Origin: Acholeplasmataceae bacterium
GTDB taxonomy: Bacteria; Bacillota_I; Bacilli_A; Acholeplasmatales; Acholeplasmataceae
Direction of reading: 5' to 3'
Assembly: GCA_963675245.1 (NCBI GenBank)
Contig: OY775910.1
Coordinates: 864,001 to 928,000 of the forward strand
Length of the DNA: 64,000 nt
Position numbers and translations under genes: made by a program. Of the stretch, positions 38,342-45,928 are shown one piece after another (the stretch's first letter is position 1; the number at the start of each line of letters is the position of its first letter). The notes beneath the pieces are model-generated. The model searched no databases, was not told the origin of the DNA, and saw nothing but the letters and a program-made list of their open reading frames with translations.

Positions 38342-39591
38342 TTTAAAGCCTCTTTTCTTGCATATGAACTAAAGAACTTAATACGTTCACTAATGGACAT
38401 ATGCTGATATGTATTTCCTAACAATCCATCTTCAGGATTTTTTTTATATAATTTTTCATGTGCAACTAACGCCCAAGCGGAATCAATTAAATGATGATGT
38501 TTTGGATATTGATAAGCAGAACAATTAAAACTTTGTCTAGGTGAATTGATATCTTCTCCGGATATTTCAATCATATGATATTTATGTGCTAAGGCATGAA
38601 TACGATCGATTTGTTCTTCTGTATTTCTGGTTGGCATATATGCAATGGCAGGTACGCCAATCTCTTTTAATGCGATAATTAATTCTTCTAAAAATGCATC
38701 TTCAAATGTTTGTGCTCTTTTATCACCAGTAACTGATTCAACAACATCACCTAAATACGGATAAGCCGGGATTGCACCATGTGCTTTAGCAAACGCAACA
38801 TATTCCTTCGCATCTGGTAACTCATCTGTCGCAGGAATGAAGAATTTTGAAGTGTTTGATTTAATGACACCTAAAATATCATATAGCAATAAGTCGTTAT
38901 TTTTAGATAGAAGTAATGCTCTTTGTTTCTTTGATACCTTGATTTCAAATGTTTGCGATACGTAGTCAATTAATTGATTCATGTCAGTGAAATGATGAAG
39001 TAATTTTTGTGCTAAAGCAAATAGTATGTGCCTTTCTGTTACAGTGCCACCCTCTTCAACCTTAGAAATAGATTGTACATCGCGTTTATAATCTAGCACA
39101 ATATCAGAAGATGCGATTAACCGATTGACTTTATCTACAATTAAACGATTTCTTTTTTCACGATTATCACGATAAGGTTTTAAAAATACATCAAATGAAG
39201 CAATGCTTTCTTCTGGGATGGCATGCGCCACCATATACATCACATTATTCTGATCAGGGTTATTGATCCTACGATTAAAGGTATCAAATTTAACACGTAA
39301 TTCTACACCAGCAGTTGAAGCGATACCTAGTAAATCAGAAGCGTCATGAAATTCTTTAATGCCTGCAACAGTATCATGATCAATAATACCTGCAACACTT
39401 AAACCGGCTTGATATGCACTATAAGCTGCATGTGTTGGTGAATACGGTGAAAAGGAATAAAACGTATGGATGTGATTATTCACATCATGTTCATTAATTT
39501 CTCTAACAGCATTGTGGTAACTGAGTATTTCTTCGAGTGCACTGATGCGATCAGATAATATGCCTTCGTTTAGTTTATTGATAATTTTCAT
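38338..39591 (-). CDS. PHP domain-containing protein
   Basis: NHIHTFYS, IIDHD and GVE motifs; ATGA overlaps with both neighbouring genes. Confidence 0.75.
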   Translation of the reverse strand: MKIINKLNEGILSDRISALEEILSYHNAVREINEHDVNNHIHTFYSFSPYSPTHAAYSAYQAGLSVAGIIDHDTVAGIKEFHDASDLLGIASTAGVELRVKFDTFNRRINNPDQNNVMYMVAHAIPEESIASFDVFLKPYRDNREKRNRLIVDKVNRLIASSDIVLDYKRDVQSISKVEEGGTVTERHILFALAQKLLHHFTDMNQLIDYVSQTFEIKVSKKQRALLLSKNNDLLLYDILGVIKSNTSKFFIPATDELPDAKEYVAFAKAHGAIPAYPYLGDVVESVTGDKRAQTFEDAFLEELIIALKEIGVPAIAYMPTRNTEEQIDRIHALAHKYHMIEISGEDINSPRQSFNCSAYQYPKHHHLIDSAWALVAHEKLYKKNPEDGLLGNTYQHMSISERIKFFSSYARKEALK

Positions 39592-40685
39592 TTACTTTGC
39601 ACCTTAAACCTGTAATGTTCAACTTCCCAATTCAATATGAAATTAATGTCATCATCTGTCATTGGTTTAGATCCACCGAAATACTGACTATAGTATCCAA
39701 TTTTTATTTGATCAAGAAATAGAAGTCTCGCATTTTCGGATTGTTTTTGACTATCACCTACCGCATACATACCAGATCCTTTGAGCAGTATAATGCGTGG
39801 TGGGAAGCCAAATTTGTCAATATATGTCTGATATGTTAATTGTAAATTATCAAACGATGTATAAAGTGGTTCGTGTCGGCAATACACCACATGATCTGGC
39901 GTAAATGATGTTCTGACTTTTTGATAAGAAGAAGGGTTTTCTAGAATATCATCTATGGCATGATTCTTCTCAAATGTCACATATTTATGCACATCAAGTG
40001 ATTTGATGGCAGACAGATGAATATCAAAGATAGCTTTATCTAAAGATGTTTTTGACAAGTCAATATCAGATTTAATTTGTTGATTAATCTTAGCCATTAA
40101 AGCATCAACTAATTGGTCAATTTCTTCTATACTATCAGCTGCGAAGAACACACCATGATTCTCTAAGAGAAGTATTTGAGGTATCACATGATGCTTTTTT
40201 TCATGTGCTTCCATTTTTTCTTTACAGGTTATCGCTAGTATATATCCTGGTTTAGTCGCTTCTACCCATACGACGTTATGTGATAAATGATTTTCAACCC
40301 AAGATTCACCAGATAGACCACATGTTACGGCATTTACTTTTGTTGGATGTAGATGTAATACAAATTTAAAGGGAAATAAGTCATGTAGCTGTGTTTCAAC
40401 AGAAGGTCTATTTATTTCACCCTCACATCTCGCATCCATGAGATCTTTTAAAACTTCCTTTTCACGATTCGATGTTTGATCGCTATAGGTCACATGCCAC
40501 ATATGATTAAGCTTCTTACGATCAAGTTTAACAAAGCCATCTTCTTTAATCGTTGCTAGTTGATAACCACTTGCTTTTACAATCAATGTGTTATCATCTT
40601 TAGCACTTGTATTTCCACCACCAGCTAAAACAAATTCTGATTGAGCACCATATTTGTTGGACATTTTTATTAATTCGGTTAACAT
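39588..40685 (-). CDS. Class II aldolase/adducin family protein (rhamnulose-1-phosphate aldolase-like, RhaEW N-domain type)
   Basis: GGGNTS, KASG, PSVETQLH, HLHP, ENHG, TPDHVVY and WEVEHYR. Confidence 0.8.
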   Translation of the reverse strand: MLTELIKMSNKYGAQSEFVLAGGGNTSAKDDNTLIVKASGYQLATIKEDGFVKLDRKKLNHMWHVTYSDQTSNREKEVLKDLMDARCEGEINRPSVETQLHDLFPFKFVLHLHPTKVNAVTCGLSGESWVENHLSHNVVWVEATKPGYILAITCKEKMEAHEKKHHVIPQILLLENHGVFFAADSIEEIDQLVDALMAKINQQIKSDIDLSKTSLDKAIFDIHLSAIKSLDVHKYVTFEKNHAIDDILENPSSYQKVRTSFTPDHVVYCRHEPLYTSFDNLQLTYQTYIDKFGFPPRIILLKGSGMYAVGDSQKQSENARLLFLDQIKIGYYSQYFGGSKPMTDDDINFILNWEVEHYRFKVQSK

Positions 40686-40917
40686 ATTAGTTTGCTCCTT
40701 TAATGATCATCGACTCCGTGTATGACACTGTCATTATATGTGAATCAAACATTATTTACAATCTAAAATTTTCAAATTATAATCAAAAAGATTAATCACG
40801 TTTTACCCTCAAATATTTATATATTTGAGTCAAAGAAACAAAATCTTTCGGATTTGTAAAATACAAAAAAAATATGATTTTGAGTAAAAAAAGTGATATA
40901 AAAAATCAATAATTACA

Positions 40918-40926
40918 TGATATACT
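40918..40926 (+). promoter_or_regulatory. Extended -10 (TGaTATACT) of rhaBA
   Basis: Lies just upstream of the AGGAG RBS. Confidence 0.45.
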
Positions 40927-40953
40927 TGAAAAGAGACAACAGGAGTGATAGTT

Positions 40954-42270
40954 ATGAAAAGTGTAAGAATCGCTATTGATATTGGTGCGAGTGGTGGTAG
41001 GCATTTAGCGTATTATATCGAAAATGGTAAAGATATTTATGAAGAAGTTTACCGCTTTAAAAACTACATGTCAGGAACACCAGAATATAGTTTAATTTGG
41101 GATTATCAACGCTTAGTTGATAATGTCTTCAAAGGATTAAAAATTGCTTTTGAGACATATGATGAAGTCCTATCGGTTGGTCTTGATACATGGGGTGTAG
41201 ATTATGCATTGCTCGATGAAAAAAAAGAGGTTATTAAGCCTGTTTTTGCATATCGGAATCCCAGAACTGAAGCAATCATAAAAGAAGTGCATGAGATTAT
41301 TTCGTTTGAAAAATTATATGAAATTACAGGTTCACAATTCCAGTCTTTTAACACAATTTACCAATTATATTGTGATAAAAAAAGCGGTAAATTAGATAAA
41401 GCTAAACACTTTTTAATGATGCCGGAATTCTTATATTACAAATTAACTGGTCTGATGTTGCAAGAGTATACAGAAACGAGCACTTCAGGTATGATTGATT
41501 TAAAAACGAATGATTTTTCAACTGAAATAATTGAAAAATTAAGTTATCCAAAACACTTATTTGATAAACCTGTTCAACCAGGGATTTTCCATCCTTTAGC
41601 TGAAGATGTTTCCAAAGCTTTAGGTGGTCAAACTAAAGTTTGTTTAGTGGCTACACATGATACTGCAAGTGCAGTTGAAGGGGTGGATATTGATCTTAAT
41701 CAAGCATACTTATCAAGTGGTACTTGGTCATTATTAGGTATGAAAGTAAAAGAACCGATTTTGACAGAAATAGCCAGAGAAAATAATTTCTCTCATGAAG
41801 GTGGCATTGGTTATATCAGATTCCAAAAAAACATCATGGGATTATGGATGACACAGTTTTTAAAAAATGAATTAGGTTATGATGATTATTTTCAAATGGC
41901 GGATGATGCAAGTTGCTCCACATGTTGTGAATTGATTGACGTTAATGATGAGTCATTTCTAGCTCCAGTATCCATGAAAGATGCGATTTTTGATTATTTA
42001 AAAAAGCATCATAAAAAGCTACCGGAAACAAATGGCGATATTTTAAATGTGGTTTACCACAGTTTAGCAAAATCATATGAAGATGCATTAGATGAACTAG
42101 AAGAAATAACAGGCAAAAAAATAGAAACCTTAACCATATTTGGTGGGGGTGCACAAAACAAATATTTTAATAAAGTGATTAAGAAATATTCAACCAGAGA
42201 TTTAGTGATACATCCAATAGAAGCAACCGCTATTGGAAATTTAAGAGTACAGGAGAAATATGATGAGTAG
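40954..42270 (+). CDS. rhaB: Rhamnulokinase
   Basis: AIDIGASGGR, DTWGVDY, NTIYQL, THDTASAV, SSGTWSLLG, KNIMGLW and EATAIGN; adjacent to rhaA. Confidence 0.9.
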   Translation: MKSVRIAIDIGASGGRHLAYYIENGKDIYEEVYRFKNYMSGTPEYSLIWDYQRLVDNVFKGLKIAFETYDEVLSVGLDTWGVDYALLDEKKEVIKPVFAYRNPRTEAIIKEVHEIISFEKLYEITGSQFQSFNTIYQLYCDKKSGKLDKAKHFLMMPEFLYYKLTGLMLQEYTETSTSGMIDLKTNDFSTEIIEKLSYPKHLFDKPVQPGIFHPLAEDVSKALGGQTKVCLVATHDTASAVEGVDIDLNQAYLSSGTWSLLGMKVKEPILTEIARENNFSHEGGIGYIRFQKNIMGLWMTQFLKNELGYDDYFQMADDASCSTCCELIDVNDESFLAPVSMKDAIFDYLKKHHKKLPETNGDILNVVYHSLAKSYEDALDELEEITGKKIETLTIFGGGAQNKYFNKVIKKYSTRDLVIHPIEATAIGNLRVQEKYDE

Positions 42271-43504
42271 ATTTGAAGATGCGAAGAAAATATATGAATC
42301 GTTTGGTGTCAATGTAGAACAGGCATTAGATACATTAAAAAAAATACCTATATCCATTCATTGTTGGCAAGGTGACGATGTTCGCGGGTTTGAATCTGAT
42401 GAACAAGCGTTAACGGGTGGCATTCAAGCAACAGGGAATTATCCAGGTCGTGCGCATGGATTCAAGGAATTAAGTAGAGATTTAGAAAAAGCATTCCAAC
42501 ATATTCCTGGTTCGAAACGCGTCAACTTGCATGCGATTTATGCTGTATCTGATAAACCCATTGGAAGAAATGATATTAAAAACGAACATTTTGATCCATG
42601 GTTAGAATTTGCGAAGAAAAACAATGTTAAATTAGATTTCAATCCAACCTTTTTCTCATCACCTATGGTAAAAGATAATCTAACATTATCTTCACCTGAT
42701 GAAGAAGTGAGATCTTTTTGGATTGAACATGGTGTCATTTCAAGAGACATCGCAGCATATATTGGTGAAAAACAAGAATCACCATGCTTATTTAATGTAT
42801 GGATTCCAGATGGTATGAAAGACACACCTGCTGATCGCGTTGGACCGCGATTAAGATTAAAAGATTCACTAGATAAAATCTTTAAGAAACCACTAAAAGA
42901 CGATGTTGTTATTGATGCTGTTGAGTCTAAAGTGTTCGGTATTGGATTAGAGTCGTATACGGTTGGTTCTCAAGAATTTTATATGAACTATGCACAACAA
43001 AAAGGCGTTTGTTGTCTCATTGATAATGGGCATTATCACCCAACTGAAAATGTTGCAGATAAATTATCATCCATGTTAATTTTTAATAAATATGTCGCAT
43101 TACATGTCACAAGACCTGTCCGCTGGGATAGTGATCACGTGGTCTTATTTGATGATATTACAAAAGATATCGCACGCGAAATCATTCAGTCAAAACAACC
43201 TGAACGTTTCTTAATTGGCCTCGATTATTTCGATGCGTCTATTAACAGAATTGCAGCTTGGATACTAGGTACAAGAAACTTCCAAAAAGCACTCTTACAA
43301 GCATTATTACTGCCACATGAATATATGACAAAACTTCAAAACAATGGTGAGTTCACTGAACTACTAGTTCTGAATGAAGAACTAAAAACATTACCATTTC
43401 ATGATGTTTGGGAAGCGTATTGTAAAAGTGAAAATGTATCACCAGACATGACTTGGTTTGATGATGTAAAAACATATGAGAAAGAGATTTTATCAAAACG
43501 TTAA
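42263..43504 (+). CDS. rhaA: L-rhamnose isomerase
   Basis: HCWQGDDV, NLHAIY, DFNPT, WIPDG, ESKVFGIG, GHYHPTE, RWDSDHV and DYFDASINR; start at 42260 or 42263. Confidence 0.95.
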   Translation: MSRFEDAKKIYESFGVNVEQALDTLKKIPISIHCWQGDDVRGFESDEQALTGGIQATGNYPGRAHGFKELSRDLEKAFQHIPGSKRVNLHAIYAVSDKPIGRNDIKNEHFDPWLEFAKKNNVKLDFNPTFFSSPMVKDNLTLSSPDEEVRSFWIEHGVISRDIAAYIGEKQESPCLFNVWIPDGMKDTPADRVGPRLRLKDSLDKIFKKPLKDDVVIDAVESKVFGIGLESYTVGSQEFYMNYAQQKGVCCLIDNGHYHPTENVADKLSSMLIFNKYVALHVTRPVRWDSDHVVLFDDITKDIAREIIQSKQPERFLIGLDYFDASINRIAAWILGTRNFQKALLQALLLPHEYMTKLQNNGEFTELLVLNEELKTLPFHDVWEAYCKSENVSPDMTWFDDVKTYEKEILSKR

Positions 43505-43533
43505 GTTTCAAAGATTTAATCAGAAATACATGC

Positions 43534-43562
43534 AAAAGCGAAGCTAGAATGCTTGGCTTTTT
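43534..43562 (+). terminator. Probable intrinsic terminator
   Basis: AAAAGCGAAGC-tagaat-GCTTGGCTTTTT with one mismatch. Confidence 0.55.
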
Positions 43563-43639
43563 AAACACTGAAAGCACAATAAATTAAATGTGATAAAATA
43601 GTGGTGACTGAACAATTCAGTTTTATTTGGGAGAAAAAT

Positions 43640-44350
43640 ATGATTAGAATTGCTATTGTTGAGGATGATAAAAATTACATAAGTGAATTAAAGAAAATGC
43701 TAGCACAATATGAAAAAGAAAGTGGCCGAAAATTAATCGTCACTGTTTTTGATGATGGTGAAGATATTGCGATTGATTATAAAGCAGAATATGACATTAT
43801 TTTAATGGATATTGAAATGCGTTTCATGGATGGCATGACAGCGGCGACTAAAATCCGTGAAAAAGATAACGAAGTTATTTTAATCTTTATTACGAATATG
43901 CCGCAATATGTCATGGAAGGTTACAAAGTTGATGCGCTAGATTATGTGTTAAAACCTTTAACATATTTTTCGCTGTCGCAACGCATTGATCGTGCCTTAA
44001 TAAGAATGAAAAAAAGATTGACTAAATACATTACAATTCCGATTCATAATGGTATTCAAAAAATTGATGTCAATAAGATATATTTTATAGAAATGCATAA
44101 TCACGATGCTATTTTTCATACTGAAAATGGTGAATATGTACTAAGAGAATCATTAAGAATTTTAGAAAAGTTACTTGAGAAGGAATCATTTTATCGTTGC
44201 CATAAAAGTTTTATGGTTAATTTAGCTTATGTTGACTCGATTCAAGGTTGTGATATTTATATTAAAGACCAAATAATTCAAGTTAGTAGAAGTAAGAAAA
44301 AAGATTTTATCGATGCTTTAAATAACTATTTAAATGAGGTTAGTAAATGA
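43640..44350 (+). CDS. LytTR family response regulator
   Basis: IAIVEDD, MDIEM, DYVLKP and FYRCHKSFMVN. GGGAG RBS favours ATG 43640. Confidence 0.92.
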   Translation: MIRIAIVEDDKNYISELKKMLAQYEKESGRKLIVTVFDDGEDIAIDYKAEYDIILMDIEMRFMDGMTAATKIREKDNEVILIFITNMPQYVMEGYKVDALDYVLKPLTYFSLSQRIDRALIRMKKRLTKYITIPIHNGIQKIDVNKIYFIEMHNHDAIFHTENGEYVLRESLRILEKLLEKESFYRCHKSFMVNLAYVDSIQGCDIYIKDQIIQVSRSKKKDFIDALNNYLNEVSK

Positions 44351-45684
44351 ACCTTCCAATCAATTTAACCGAAACACCTGGTGGCGTCTATGCGCTAGCG
44401 TATTGGTTTGGTGTCTTAGTGTTTATCATTGTGAATAGAAAAAAGATGAAGACTGTGCCATTGGTTGGTATTTCCATTTTTTTCCTTGTCTTTTTAGTAG
44501 CGATAATGACATTAAATCATCCTGTGCCAGCAATTTGGTTTATTCCTAGTATTATGTTATATGTTTGCATTATTGGCATATTTATGTATATTTCAATTGA
44601 TGTTTCCAAAATGAGTGTAGCTTATTATACAGCTAGAGCATTTCTTGTTGGTGAATTAATTGGATCATTAAGTTGGCAATTATTTCATTTTTCTATTATC
44701 AATGAATACTTTGAGAATAAACTTTGGATACTTTTAATGTTCTTGGCAATTGTAGAAACATTGGCATTTATGTTGCTTCTCACGCTTGAAAAGAAATTTA
44801 AAGAAGAAGATCGTAGTTTTAATGTCTCGCAAAGAGACTTAATAGCGACTGTTTTAATTGTTGTGGTTATTTTTATGGTTAGTAATTTGAGTTATGTGAA
44901 TGAAAACACACCATTCAGTGGGACAATGGATGCGGAAATTTTTAATGTTAGAACGTTGGTTGACTTCGGTGGCGTTGCTTTACTATTTGCATTTCATATT
45001 CAAATTACGGAGTTACATATGAAATTTGAAGTTGGAAAATTACAAAGTCTATTAAAACTTCAAGTAGAAAATTACGAATTGTCAAAAAAGAGTATTGAAA
45101 TGGTTAATCAAAAATATCACGATTTAAAACACCATATCGCCGTTATGAAATCAAATGCAAGCGATGATTCTTCAATTGAATATTTAAATAAAATGGAAAA
45201 AGAAATTAAATCATATGAAGCGCAAAACAAAACTGGAAATCATGTTTTAGACACAATTTTAACCGTTAAATCATTGACGTGTCAGTCGAACAATACGCAA
45301 TTAAACGTAATTGCGGATGGACACTTACTAGCTATGTTTGATCCAATTGATATATCCACACTTTTCGGTAACATACTAGATAATGCTATTGAGAGTGTTA
45401 AGATCATCAAGGAGAAAGATCAAAGGATTATACATTTGAGTATTTCTAAGCAAAAACAATTTATGTTAATTCGTCTTGAAAATCCTTACACTGGTAAAAT
45501 TAAATATAAAGATGGTTTACCAATGACAACTAAAAAAGATCAATCTAATCATGGTTATGGTTTAAAAAGCGTACTTAATACTGTGAAGAAATATGATGGT
45601 TCACTGACAATTAGTGATGATGATAAATGGTTTGAAGTTCGCATCCTTATTCCTCTTGCAACATCACTTAATTCATCGTTTTAA
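44347..45684 (+). CDS. AgrC/VirS-like membrane sensor histidine kinase (GHKL)
   Basis: About 7 TM segments, YHDLKHH, GNILDNAIE and HGYGLK; ATGA overlap with the regulator gene. Confidence 0.9.
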   Translation: MNLPINLTETPGGVYALAYWFGVLVFIIVNRKKMKTVPLVGISIFFLVFLVAIMTLNHPVPAIWFIPSIMLYVCIIGIFMYISIDVSKMSVAYYTARAFLVGELIGSLSWQLFHFSIINEYFENKLWILLMFLAIVETLAFMLLLTLEKKFKEEDRSFNVSQRDLIATVLIVVVIFMVSNLSYVNENTPFSGTMDAEIFNVRTLVDFGGVALLFAFHIQITELHMKFEVGKLQSLLKLQVENYELSKKSIEMVNQKYHDLKHHIAVMKSNASDDSSIEYLNKMEKEIKSYEAQNKTGNHVLDTILTVKSLTCQSNNTQLNVIADGHLLAMFDPIDISTLFGNILDNAIESVKIIKEKDQRIIHLSISKQKQFMLIRLENPYTGKIKYKDGLPMTTKKDQSNHGYGLKSVLNTVKKYDGSLTISDDDKWFEVRILIPLATSLNSSF

Positions 45685-45695
45685 ATACTAATTAC

Positions 45696-45723
45696 AAAGG
45701 CTATTTAATAGCCTTTTATTTTT
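45696..45723 (+). terminator. Intrinsic terminator
   Basis: AAAGGCTATT-t-AATAGCCTTT followed by a T-rich tail. Confidence 0.7.
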
Positions 45724-45739
45724 AAGTTTTAATCGTAAA

Positions 45740-45773
45740 AATACATTTCACGCATTAATTAATACATTTCACG
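45740..45773 (+). promoter_or_regulatory. Perfect 13-bp direct repeat AATACATTTCACG x2 (21-bp period), putative LytTR binding site
   Basis: Copies at 45740-45752 and 45761-45773, upstream of TGtTAAAAT (45801-45809). Confidence 0.65.
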
Positions 45774-45814
45774 AAATCACAAAAAATTCCGAAAATTTAG
45801 TGTTAAAATATAAA

Positions 45815-45828
45815 ATAAAGCGTTTACA
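45815..45828. promoter_or_regulatory. cre-like operator ATAAAGCGTTTACA
   Basis: Right half matches cre exactly; lies just downstream of the extended -10. Confidence 0.45.
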
Positions 45829-45928
45829 TTGATGGTTTTAATATCTAAACCACAATACAATCATCTTGTTAATATACATCATTGAAACAAATATCATATT
45901 TGCTTCAAGGCGATAAAAGGAGCATATT

